A stretch of 63,918 bases of DNA, filler included, from Chiloscyllium plagiosum (GCF_004010195.1; 4 parts of one record of this genome joined end to end with filler, not necessarily neighbours in it); one strand, 5' to 3'; positions 50,201-62,126 are shown, counted from the whole stretch's first letter. Notes: generated by a model not told the origin, from the letters alone. Numbers and translations: made by a program.

Positions 50201-53200
50201 AGAGAGACCCCTGGCTGATTTCCCAACTGGGACATCAAAGAAAGCAAGCTCATTTGACCGTTCCATTTCAAAGGTGAATTTTGAGCACGAGATTCATGTG
50301 TGAGGCATGTATGGAAATTCTCGTAGGGTTGTGCATCTTTGGACCTCTCTGCCTCAGAAGGTGGTGGAAGCAGGACACTGAATATTTTTAAGGTATTGCA
50401 GATAGATTCTTGTTAGACTTGGGGAATCAAGGGCTATTAGGATAATTCAAAACATAAACAGACCAGTCATGATCTTATGAAAAGCTGGAGCAAGGGCTGA
50501 ATGATCCCATCTTGCATTCTGTACTCACCAGTTTGTATGTTATTAAATAAACAATTCAGGCTCTCTCTCCCTGTCTTATGCATGTGAAAATTCATAAAGA
50601 TGGCCCTGCTCTGATTCTGGTCAGTGATATCCTTTCCAGGACGTTGATAGTGAGATAGTGATATTGCTATTGAACAACAAGGTGCATTGGTTAGATTCTC
50701 TCTCATTGGAGATGGTCATTGCCTTGCACTTCAATGGTATGAATGTTACTTGTCACATATTGACCTTAAGCGAGGATGTTGTCCAGGTCTTGCTGCACGT
50801 GAATGTGGACTGTTTCTGAGGAGTCACAAATGGTGTTGAACATTGTCCAATCATCAATGAACATCCCCACCTGTAACCTTCCGATGGAGGGAAGGTCATT
50901 GATGAAGCAGCTGAAGAACTGTAGCTGAAGAACTAAATGGAAAAATTAGCAGGCTGAGATTCAGCCTGGTCCAATCTGTGAGCTGGATGACTACCTCAGC
51001 CTGCAAAATGTCCTTGCTGTAGCATTTCCATGCAAATTGCTTGTAGGTCCCGATGTGCAGCTTTAAAGTGTGGAAACATCCAATAAGTGGGTCAGAAAGA
51101 TGTCTGAAAGGAGGGTCCTGAGAGGCTAGCAAGTGCCAGATGCCAGAGTTCATGGATGTGGAGTGCATGGGCTGGTACCCTGGTATGTTGCTGGGTGTCT
51201 AAGATGGCTGCCTGGAAGAGCAAGCGGCAAGCTGGAATCTGCAGATACCCCCTCTGACTTTCCTGTTTGGAATTGTTGTCAACTAGTCTCCTTGTGGTAG
51301 GAGGTGGAATAGGAAGCTGTGCATCAATGAAGTGAGATTTGTTGTTAATTGCACTGATAACAAGCAATAATTTCCATTAACAGGCTTCTTGCCACTGCCC
51401 ACAGATAAGACAATTTCCAAGCGGTTGCCTGGACTTGGCCACCAGTGGTGGTCAGTCTGCCACTACTAACAACTCAGGAATATCACCAGTTTGTTTTTAA
51501 GTGGCAATTTAAATGATAACTTGATAGACAGCTTCTGTCCATCATTCAAAGCCTGTCTTTATCAAGATCCCTCAGACATGGAAATGCTGTATGGTGCCAC
51601 TCTGATAAAAGATTTCCTGAATTGTAATGCTCTTTTAATTCCTTGGCTGCCTCTGTGTGACTAATAAGATTTCATAATTTGACATTCAGTTGGATCAGCA
51701 TTTCTGAATACCCCTTCTACACTGGGCCCACTGTTGACCATTCACTTTCCCGGACCAGCTACATAAATACTGTGACTAGACGTACAGGTGAGAAGAGGGT
51801 TTTCTGTGATAAGTAGTTATCCAGACTTCACAACTTTATGTCCATCATATATGAGGCACAAGTAACAATGTGACATAATACTCTTCATTTGTCTGGATGA
51901 CTGCAGCTCCAACTGAGTGTTAATACACAAGAAAGTGAATATTCCATTCAGGAAAACAGATCTCTTAATCAGTAGTCCACTGACCAAATTAAAATTCCAC
52001 TCCCTCACCGACAACTCACAGTGACAGCACGGTTGCTATCTAAAAGATTCAGAAATTGGCTAAACCTTGTTCAACAGCAAGGGTCAAAGGTGTGACCTTT
52101 ACCACCTCAAAGGATAAGGGTGTCTTCAGGTTCCACTCTCTATTACTATCCTGATTTGGAAGAAACATACTATTGCCATCCCTCCACTGTCTCTGGGTCA
52201 AAATCCTGGAATCTCTGGCCGACAGTACTGTGGGCGTACCTTCATCACGCTCCATGGACTGCAGCAATTCAATACATTGAGTCATCACAATCTTCTCAAG
52301 GATAATTAGGGATGAACAATAAATGTTGGTTTTGCCAGTGACATCCATATTCCTGGAAGAATAAAAAATTATAATCTTTTTCTGAACTGTTCTCACATCT
52401 GTATGGGAGATGTCAGAAATTCTTGAATAGTGGGGCTTATGCAACACAATGATACCATTTTTCTCTCACCCATCTATAATATCCTGTTAATAGAATTTAT
52501 GTGAAAGGTTTTGCAGAACTCATGAAAGAAAATGCATGTTTGATATTAGAACTTTTGGTCCTATTAAGTGTAGGCAACAATTCAGTTATGTTAGAAGATT
52601 CCAGCACTTGCAGGCAATGAGTTGTTGAGGTGTAATATAAGGTGGCCCACGTTAACTCCATCTTACCAATGTCAATCAAACAAAGCAACATTTGAGGGCA
52701 GGAAGTACAAGACACTAATTAAAATAGCACCAAACAAAGTCATGACTTGATTTAGCTGCAACAATCCTAGTCAATTTTTAATAAAGCTCCAATTAATACA
52801 TATTAAAATTAGTTAATGCACAGTTTGAGCTTGGATTATTATGTAATGCATAATTTAAAACTGTGGTAAACTATCACCTTCAAAAAATTATATTTTGCGC
52901 AATATAAGTAACTTGAAGTACGATCAATCTGCCAATAGTATAAAACCTGTTCAGCTGAAATTACATAATTAAAGCTCAATAACAAATAAAACATCTTCAT
53001 TCAGAAAAGGTTGCACTTTGCAGTCATTCTGTGTTTTGAACCCTGCAGCAAGTGCTACAAGGAAGTTGAAATTACTGGGTAGCCGTACAAAACAGTGAAT
53101 AAAGCAAAGAGAAACAGGCAGAGATCTCAATCTGAAATACCAGATCCTTTCCCAAACTGTACAATGTTACTGATGGCCTATGGTGCTTGGACACAGCTGT

Positions 53201-53962
53201 TATCTTTATATAAGTAGATGGAAAATGGACACCATTGAGGAACTACACAATCCGCTGATTTTCTCATGGGAAATGTGGTGTGATAACAGCCAGGGTTACT
53301 CAATTAGAGGAAGGTAAATATAACTTCATTTACAGGGTTTGACCTGGATGGATTTCTGTTACAGCACCATTTTTCTTTTTTTTATAATATATTTTTATTA
53401 AGAAAAAATTGATTTTTAAATATTACAACAAATACAAAACAATGCAATTCAAAACAGTACAAAAATAGTACAAAACTAAACCCAAATAATAAAAAAAATT
53501 CCCCAACCCACCCTCCAATACGAATGTATAAACATATATAGAAAAGTATAAAATTAAAAATAAACCTAAACTAGCTATTTAACTAACTAAATAAATACCT
53601 AACAACAAACAAATAAATAGTAATAACTCAGCCCAGCCAAACAAAACACTCATACATTCACAGCTCCTCCTCCCTGGATATTGGACTCATGAAACACAAT
53701 CGTTACGGCTATATAAAAGCCCTTGTTAGTGTGGCAGATAAATCTGTGTCCAGGTATTTCAAAAAGGGTTGCCATGTCTTGTAAAAATTCTCAGTTTTGT
53801 GGTGTACCATATTTGTGAGAAAATCCAGGGGAATATGCTCCATAACAATCTTCCGCCAACCCGACAGGCCTGGGGGGTTTTCTGATATCCAACCTAGCAA
53901 GATATTCTTCCTTGCACAGAATGTAAGAATATTGAAAAGTTTTTTCTTATGCGCATCTGCAG

Positions 53963-54062
53963 NNNNNNNNNNNNNNNNNNNNNNNNNNNNNNNNNNNNNN
54001 NNNNNNTTAATTAATTAANNNNNNNNNNNNNNNNNNNNNNNNNNNNNNNNNNNNNNNNNNNN
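53963..54062. other. Artificial scaffolding linker N44-TTAATTAATTAA-N44
   Basis: Same 100-nt structure as 31907-32006. Confidence 0.97.
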
Positions 54063-55529
54063 ATTGGCCTCTCTCAGAGATGGTGGGAGACAATCATGAC
54101 TGTATGAATCATTAAACATATTCAGCATCATACTTATAAATTCCTTATAGAATTCATTGGGAAGTCCGTCAGGATCGGGCACCTTTCCACTCTGAAGCTG
54201 CCTCACAGCTTCCTGCACTTCTTGCCCTGATAATGGGGCATTGAGAAAGGACTGTTGTTCTGGAGTCACACCCGGGAGCTTCAGAATTCTAAAAAAGGAT
54301 TCCATTTTGGCCTGCCCCTCCTCACAATTCTCAGACTGATATAACCTAGTGTAGAATCTCTGGAAGGCCACATTAATCTTTTTAGAATCACTGTAGAATT
54401 CTAAAATTACCTAATAGAGACCTCTTTCATTTTTTTCAAGTTAGGGATTTTATTCAAAAAAGGACCACACTTTTGATTGATCCCTACAAATCTGACATAG
54501 AAAGAGGGGGTACTAAGGGCTAAGAGTACACTCTTTGTCAGTACTCTATATCACTAGTTGGGGGGTGCCACCTCAGATGAGTCTGATCGACTCTGCAAGA
54601 TGTGGGAAAGAGAGCTGGGTGTTGAAGTTTCTTCAAAGGCTTGGGAGGATTTTTTTAAATTTTATACTTCTCTATATATGTTTATACATTCGTATAGGAG
54701 GGTGGGTTGGGGAATTTTTTTTATTATTTGGGTTTAGTTTTGTACTATTTTTGTACTGTTTTGAATTCTGCTGTAATTTCAGATGCTCCTTGTCATCCAA
54801 ATGTGTCTCCTGTAATAAAGCAATATCTACCTTCTCCTTTCTAAGACTCAAGAGTACCTTCTTCCTCTTAATTGGTGAGTGACTTCCCTTGATATTCCAG
54901 GTACACCATTTAATCAAATTATTAGCCATAATCTTCTGCAATTACATTTAAATTCCAGAGAGAAGGAACCTGAACCACAAATTGCTGAGCCTTAGTGTCG
55001 CATGATCCACCAAATATAAAAACTACATAAACTAAAACCACTGCATTTAACAAACATACAAAATTATTTAAAATAAAAACCAACAAAAACCAGAAAACAA
55101 ACCAACATATAAAGCGCCAATAGTAGGGGAACTCACCCCCTGCCTGGAGGGGGCAACTACCCGTCCCGAACTGCCCATAAATAGGCATCTAACCATCTCA
55201 ACCACCTGCACTTCTCCCAGCTAGAACCGCATCGCAAGCACAAGCTAAAATGAATAAACACCCCATAGAATATCAATATGAATAAAAAAAATTCTTTTAT
55301 AAAAAAAAGGGGGAATAAATACCTCACCCATCCTTTGGTATGTCCTAACTTGGAAATTTAAAATGTACATCTTAACCACTGCCAGACATAGTTTGAACTA
55401 AATTATTATCAATAGAGGAAAAAAAAAAGGTGAAAAAACAAAGCTCCAACTGGATTTCCTCCATTTCTTTTACAGAATGATAAACGCATACCCAAGCAAC
55501 AATATTTATACATACTATAATTGTTTAAA

Positions 55530-56345
55530 TTAGGTTAGTTTGTCCACAAAGTCTCTTGCCTTCTCCGATGTGTCAAAGAGATGCATGGATCCATCTAAGG
55601 TGATCCGAAGCACTGCCGGATATCTCAGGGAGTACTGAATCCCAAGCCCCTTCAATCTTCTCTTGACACCATCATACGATTTTCGTTTCTGGATCACCAC
55701 CGCTGAAAAGTCCTGAAAAAACATGATCTTAGACCTCTCGTAAATTAGGGTCTTTGGATCCTTCCCCTGGAGTCTGGAAGTCTCCATGACTCTCTCCTTA
55801 TCCCGGTAATGATGGAACCGCACCAGGAAAGGACGAAGGCGTTGACCCAGACCCGACCTCCGTGCTGCGATCCGGTGAGCCCTCTCTATCTTCAAACCTC
55901 TCATGCCAGTCTCCAAGTCAAGGAATTTCGGAAGCCAATCTTCAACAAATTCTGCAGGCCGCTCACCTTCCTTACCCTCAGGCAGACCGATGATCCAAAT
56001 GTTTTCTCTCCTGCCCCTGTTTTCAAGATCATCCACTTGGTCATGCAAGTTACGAACCTGCATCTTCAGGGCTTGGATCTCTTCCTTGAATGAACTGGCA
56101 TCAGCTTCCTTCACTGTGACCCTGTGCTCTACCTCTTCCGTCCTCTTCTCCAGGACTCCCAGCTGCTGCTCATGCTTCTGCAGCATGAGAGAGACTGGAG
56201 CCAGCTTCTCTTCAATCTGTTTCCCCAACATCTCGTGAGATTTCGAGACCTGGTTCACCAGGTCCTGGAGAGTAATCGGCTCCAAGGCTGCTGCAGGCTG
56301 AGCTGCAGGCCTGGCATCAGATGCTCCTCCTCCCTTTTAAGGCAT
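55530..56345 (-). pseudogene. L1 ORF1p (coiled coil, RRM, CTD); open except for a nonsense codon at position 3
   Basis: ATG CCT TAA AAG... in frame with ORF 55530..56285 (DDLENRGRRENIWIIGLPEG, IERAHR, FFQDFS, LRYPA). Confidence 0.88.
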
Positions 56346-57199
56346 TTCTGGACAGCTGAAAATACAGGTAAGTCAATTTTTAAATGTTTCTTGGGGCTCC
56401 ACAATCTTTCCAACACCCCAAGAAATCCTGATGACCTGGGTTGGGTGGGTTAAAGGACTGTCCTGCTCCTGCTGCGATGTGAAGCTCTGCAGTGTGATCT
56501 TCTCAGATCACCACCATCTTAGATCCCCCACCATTTTTCTTTAGCTCTTTGCTATTTAAGCAGTTTTGCTTTGAGAAAATTTGACTACCAGAGTCTAAAA
56601 TATGAGCCAAGATGGTGACTGAATTCACTGTTGAAATCAAGAGTGCAGGCATTGATACACTGTCTTATGGGACCAGGAAAATTATCCTCTCTTGCCTTTG
56701 CTTCACTGGGGATGGGGGTGGGGGGGATGGGTTGGGGGTAGAGAGTGAAGGAATTGTCGTGGATGCTGGAGTTTGACCTGTACACAATCTCCCCTTAAAT
56801 TTCAATGCAGGTTTCCTTGGAGAAGCCTGCATCATTAAAGTGATATCAGGATAAACACTTCCATTACTTCTCCCAATAAATAACAATAGAATGAGAGGAC
56901 TCTTGGTTCCACAAATGCCAGCACCTTATTGATGGTAATCTTGTTGCCATTTCCTAATATAAAGCTGCTCAGCACTATGTACCTGGTCTTCCTGTTCTTT
57001 GCTTCTCTACCCAAAGAAATATCCTTGGCAATTATTAGTCAAACCTACCTCAGTCAGAACAGGCATTGCATCTAGTGTTGATGGCTAGTCCTCAAGTCAA
57101 CAGATAACCAACCTGTCCTTAGCATCTATACCCCCCCTACACTGCCCCCTCACTGCCCCCAACTCCAGCAAACATATGCACTGCCTGTGAATTAAGTGG

Positions 57200-57625
57200 A
57201 TCTGGCTAGTAAAGATATCCTTTAGTAAAGATCTCCTTGAAGAAGTTCTCCTCCACTCTCTACAAGGATTTCAATGAGTCTCTCTCTCACTGCAACCACC
57301 AGGTCATCTCCTCTGCCCTGAAGCTCTTCAACCATGTCCTGAAACATCACCATCCTCATGACCTGCCCTACCTGCCAATCTCCCTTCCCAGCTATCTGCT
57401 CCACCCTCCTCTCTAACCTATCACCTTCATCCCCACCTCGATCCACCTATTATACTCTTGGCTACCTACTCGCCAGCCCCACACCCCTCCCATTTATCTC
57501 TCCACTCCGGAGACTCCCTGCCTCATTCCTGATGAAGGAGTTTTGCCTGAAACATCGATTTTCCTGTTCCTCGGATGCTGCTTGACCTGCTGTGCTTTTC
57601 CAGCACCAGTCTAATCTAGACTCTA
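57200..57625 (+). mobile_element. Internally deleted non-autonomous Penelope-like element with terminal repeat
   Basis: 5' fragment similar to the reverse complement of 28750-28860, pyrimidine-rich 3' part, then family A repeat with hammerhead-like core at 57525-57560. Confidence 0.7.
57525..57560 (+). ncRNA. Degenerate hammerhead ribozyme-like motif (family A)
   Basis: AUUC-CUGAUGA-A-GGAG uuuu GCCU-GAA-ACAU-C-GAUU; stem II partly broken. Confidence 0.5.
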
Positions 57626-58122
57626 AAGATCTGTATGTCCTGATTCATTACTTAGGACAAGTGCACATGCATATCTCAACATACAAACTAGGAATAAGAG
57701 TTTGCCCATCAAGCTTGATCCAATAAGACCATGGCTGATCTGATTTTAACTTCAACTTTATACCCCCGATAACCTTTTACCCACTTGGGAATCAAGAATC
57801 TATCCTCCTCTATCTTAAAAAAAAAACATTTAAAATTCTGCATCTACTGCTTTTTAAGGAAGGCAGTTTTTAACTAATAACTGATATAAGTGGGTGACCT
57901 CTTATTTTTAAACTATGATCTCTGGTTTTGGATTTTGGTATTTCAAAAGAAATATCTTCTTTTTGGGATCCTGCTTGAGCTTTGGCTATAAATGAGCCAT
58001 TTCCTTTTTCACCTACTCCATGTTCAGGTGTCTCTATTGGCAAAGCCATGTAATATATGACCAACAATGATAACAATGAGCAACTAATGCATCAGAAATA
58101 CTGCTTCAAGATGTCTATATTA

Positions 58123-58752
58123 CAGAGGAACCTCAATTATCCAAATATTGTTTATCCGAATTTCAGATTATCCAAAGTGGATTTCAAAGTTCTGCAAAAA
58201 CGTTATATTAAAGAGGTAAGTGTATTCAATTACTTGTACTGAAGAACATGTGAAAACAAAGAAACACAAGCAACTCAAGCATCAGCGACTGGATATTTTT
58301 AGATAAGGGTTAGTTAGACAGCCCTTTACACAAGTAAGTGTTTTACATTACAGTACAGGGTATTCCCGTCACTTTACCAGGCTGTTCATTAAAAAACAGC
58401 CAAGAACGTAAAGACATGCACGAGGCAGTGCTTCTATTTTTGTATCACGGAACTGAGTTCCCAGAAACTGACAAATACTGTTGCGATCGTAGAAGCTGTT
58501 CGGGACTTTGCTGTCTTCACTACTCCTTGCCAGATGCTAAGTACTGCTGCATTTTTAAAAAGTTTTCTTGTGTTATCATTCCTTTATTTTCTTCATCACA
58601 TGAAATCTGTGTTCTCTTGCACTCAGTATGTTAAAATTATAGGTTTAAATAAACGGCTTCCCTTGTTTAAGTTAAAATCAATGATCCGAATAATCAATTA
58701 TCCGAACGAAATAGTGCCCGCCCATCTCGTTCAGATAATTGAGGTTCCTCTG
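58123..58752. mobile_element. Non-autonomous Tc1/mariner-pogo (Tigger-like) DNA transposon (MITE), 630 bp
   Basis: Perfect 19-bp TIR CAGAGGAACCTCAATTATC, TA on both flanks, subterminal ttatccgaa repeats. Confidence 0.9.
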
Positions 58753-58877
58753 TATATGGTCAATATTGCCCCTGTGCTTCACTAAACCGTTGCTCTGATA
58801 GTGGTTGCAGCTTTCACAATTGAATCATGAGCCAGGAATGAAGACGGAGAGTGAAACATTGCCAGGCCCTGAATAAT

Positions 58878-59084
58878 GGGGTAAAAACAATGACTGCAGA
58901 TGCTGGAAACCAGATTCTGGATTAGTGGTGCTGGAAGAGCACAGCAGTTCAGGCAGCATCCAACGAGCTTCGAAATCAACGTTTCAGGCAAAAGCCCTTC
59001 ATCAGGAATAAAGGCAGTGAGCCTGAAGCGTGGAGAGATAAGTTAGAGGAGGGTGGGGGTGGGGAGAGAGTAGCATAGAGTACA
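58878..59084 (-). mobile_element. Penelope-like terminal repeat (family A), cut by the linker
   Basis: Reverse-complement similar to 36066-36200, plus upstream purine-rich segment. Confidence 0.75.
58974..59009 (-). ncRNA. Minimal hammerhead ribozyme-like motif (family A) with intact palindromic stem III
   Basis: Minus strand AUUC-CUGAUGA-A-GGGC uuuu GCCU-GAA-ACGU-U-GAUU. Confidence 0.68.
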
Positions 59085-59184
59085 NNNNNNNNNNNNNNNN
59101 NNNNNNNNNNNNNNNNNNNNNNNNNNNNTTAATTAATTAANNNNNNNNNNNNNNNNNNNNNNNNNNNNNNNNNNNNNNNNNNNN
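59085..59184. other. Artificial scaffolding linker N44-TTAATTAATTAA-N44
   Basis: Same 100-nt structure; unrelated sequences on the two sides. Confidence 0.97.
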
Positions 59185-59789
59185 CAATAATTGGACTGAT
59201 ATGAGAGATTGTGGCATTGAAGTCAGAAGCCATTGAGGGATTGGAACAAGAATGAACCACATGTCCTACAGAATCCCAGGTGTAGCAAAGATTGTTGCAG
59301 ATCCCAATAGTGATGCCTTTGTTCAGGGACAGTGATTGGAGTTGAGGTATATTGTCGAGGACAAGAATCCATTTAGACATCAGAGGAGGGTGACAGCTGG
59401 CTGATAGAATAGTGAAAGAAGATGTGAAGGATCCAGTACTTGAGATGTAAAGGAAAGGGCTTTCCTATTAAAGAGACAACTGAGACAGAAATGCCTTGAA
59501 TTGTCAAAACTGTGCATAATATGAAAAAATGACCGATTACTTATGTAGAAGGGAGAAAAAGGAAAGAAAGGCAAAAGAACCTGAATTGATTTTACATTCT
59601 TGTTTTCAGGCTGTTCCAAAGTGCTAGACAGCTTACTTGAAAAATAATTTGGAAATGATTTGAAAAACTTAATCACAAATGCTTATTAAATGGTGATGTC
59701 TATTTGCTTACAAAATACCCCAGCAGCAAGTGAGATGAATAGCCAGTTAGTCTGTTTTTGCAATTTTGCAGTATAGTTGAGGAAATATA

Positions 59790-59995
59790 TTGGGTGGGTT
59801 AATGCCAGACTTTCCTTCATTTCAAAGAAAAAGTGATGCAGTATCTTGTACATCCAGCTGAATAAGAAGGTGAATTCTGTTTAATGTCTCATCCAAAACA
59901 TGACATCTCTTACTTATCAGCACTCCTCCACTACTCTGAAGTATTAGCCTAGATTTTGTTTGCAAATCTTTGGCAAGGGTTTTAACTCAACCTCA
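59790..59995 (-). mobile_element. Decayed Deu-domain SINE (SacSINE1/AmnSINE1-like)
   Basis: gtttaatgtctcatccaaaa...cagcactcc...ttagcctagatt resembles the reverse complement of the Deu domain as recalled from memory; not database-checked. Confidence 0.55.
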
Positions 59996-61292
59996 TGAAT
60001 CACAAGCTGAGACATGTTCATGTGATGAGAACAAGTGCATAATAAGGTTTTGTTCGAAAGTCTCACTTCTGAAATTTGCAGAGGAAATATAAAAATAAGA
60101 GAAGTTGAGAGTGGAGACATTAGAAAGCAGGAGGGGAGAACTCCAAAAGAAAAAGTTAAAGTATTGGTAGTAGTAAATAAAATGTATCAAAATAGCTCTT
60201 ATCAAAGTCATAAATGACATCCTCCATGACTTTGATAAAGTAAACTATTCTTCCTTGTCCTTCTTGACTTGTCTGTGATCTTTGATATGGTTGACCACAT
60301 TACCCTCCAAAACATTTCCATCATTGTCCAGCTGAGTGTTATGCTTAGTTTCTCATCAGATTAGTTTGAGGCACAATGATTTTATATAAGTACATAGAAA
60401 TAGGACCAGGAGAAGACATTTAGCCTTTCTAAACTGTTGTACCAATGTTCGCTATGGTCATGGCCGATTTCCTCCTCAGTTGCACTTCTCCTGCATTGTT
60501 GCTACATCAGCTAATTCACTTAGCATCCAAACTCTATCTTAATATACTCAACTGAGCATTCTCAACTGTCTAAAGTCAGGAATTTGAGAGGCCTGTGTTC
60601 CTTTGAGTGAAGAAATGTATCCTCTTATCAATTGTAAATGGCCAATTCCTTGTTTACTACAAAATCGGGGCATTAAATCTTTCCAGCGTCTACCCCATCA
60701 AGCCCTTCTTGATGTTTATGTTTCAAGTCAATTACCTTTCATTCTTCCAACCGCTAGAGAATGTAGGCCTATCCTGCACAAACTTTCTTCATAGGACAAT
60801 CCCATCTCCTAGAAATCAGTCTCGAGAAACTTTGATGCACTGCCTTCTATGCACATATATCTTTCAAGTAACAAAGTAGCAAGTCTGGCAGCATTTGGAG
60901 AGAGAAACAGATAATATTTCAAGTCCAATATGATGTTATTGAATTCAGAATTCTGCAACCAAACATGCTGAATTACTCCAACATTTTCTGCATTTATTTC
61001 AGATTTCTAATATTTTCTGTATTTTTTTAATACTCTTCAAGATATTGTTTCACTTTTTTGTGTTGTTCCAAAGCATCAAAATTTCTATCACTATGCTCAA
61101 AATGCAGGCAGAACAATAAAATGTATTTGATAAATTATTGTAATTGTTGGTAAATCATTTGAGGGTAATCTTCCTTCTACCTATGACTCATGACAACGAA
61201 CCATTAGTACAACATTGTGAATAATTTTTGGTATTGAAAATGTATTTGCTACTGCTTAAAATGTAAAATTTATGTTTTATTCACTTCCGTAG

Positions 61293-61381
61293 GCAGTAAT
61301 GTTGTTCAGCTCTGGTGTGTTTTGGATGGGCCTATTCTTCATCCCAATTACTTCTCTTCTCTGGGATGTGACTTACAAAGT
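61293..61381 (+). CDS. ATP8A1: Phospholipid-transporting ATPase IA (P4-ATPase), exon with last transmembrane helix
   Basis: ttccgtag acceptor, gtatgt donor, 89 nt; AVMLFSSGVFWMGLFFIPITSLLWDVTYK(V) vs human AAMLFSSGVFWMGLLFIPVASLLLDVVYKV. Confidence 0.95.
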
Positions 61382-62033
61382 GTATGTATGACAAAAATAA
61401 ATGTAAAAATCTTTTTGAAACTCTTAGTTCTAAAAGAAAAGTTATTCATTTTTCTTAAAGTAAGTGAAATACCAAGCTGAAATATTGTGACAGTTCGAAG
61501 TTACGATAGTGGTATCAAGTATTTGAATTATTTGATAGAATTTCAGTTCAGAGTGATTATTTTAAAGGACATTACTTCATTTCAGGAAATTGTGAACCAA
61601 GGCAACTTTTGATGCTTTAGTAGGCTTTTGCAAAAAGAAACCATGAATTGAAGTACTAGGGAGAAAATGATGAAACTGAGATGGTACAAGCCTCCTGTTC
61701 TAATTGCACCTTATCTGTAATGGAATTTATAATCTGATGCTCGGTGTGCTAGTTTTTGGCTTGATCCCTTCTTACTTTTAAAGAATATTCAAACAATGAA
61801 GCTGTTCTTTTAAATAAGTCAATGTTTCATTTTGCATTCTTTTGATTTAATTTCTATTTTGTTTAACTTTTTTGGCAGATCTTCTATGCCTTGGTGCATA
61901 ATTGTAAATGGTTTTCTGCAAAATCTGTGAAATACTATTCAGGGAAACTTGTTTTTCCAAATTTGAACTTTTAATTCCACTAGAGAATTCTAACGTATCT
62001 GTCATTAAGAATCAATTTAATGGTCATTTTCAG

Positions 62034-62126
62034 CATTAAGAGAACTTTATGTAAAACTCTGGTCGAAGAGGTTCAAGAATTGGAAGCCCAGTTCCAGGAT
62101 CCAGGTGCAGCTGTGTATGGCAAAAG
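62034..62126 (+). CDS. ATP8A1: Phospholipid-transporting ATPase IA, next exon (cytoplasmic C-terminal tail)
   Basis: ttttcag acceptor, gtatga donor, 93 nt, phase-compatible with the previous exon (GT|C = Val); IKRTLCKTLVEEVQELEAQFQDPGAAVYGK vs human IKRTAFKTLVDEVQELEAKSQDPGAVVLGK. Confidence 0.95.

Larger units (their letters stand above)
53379..56528 (-). mobile_element. L1 (LINE-1) element, 5'-complete but rearranged, with 14-bp TSD
   Basis: TSD CACCATTTTTCTTT at 53365-53378 and 56529-56542; 5' GGGGATCTAAGATGGTGG; ORF1, A/T-rich inter-ORF region, ORF2 start MANNLIKWCTWNIKG...LLQETH at 54929; ORF2 C-terminus (KTWQPFL) ending 53709; polyA tail. Confidence 0.95.

Noticed and set aside
39116..59084. 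GABRB1 penultimate exon (M2-M3)
   Set aside because: No TTVLTMTT or LLEYA-like peptide seen on the minus strand.
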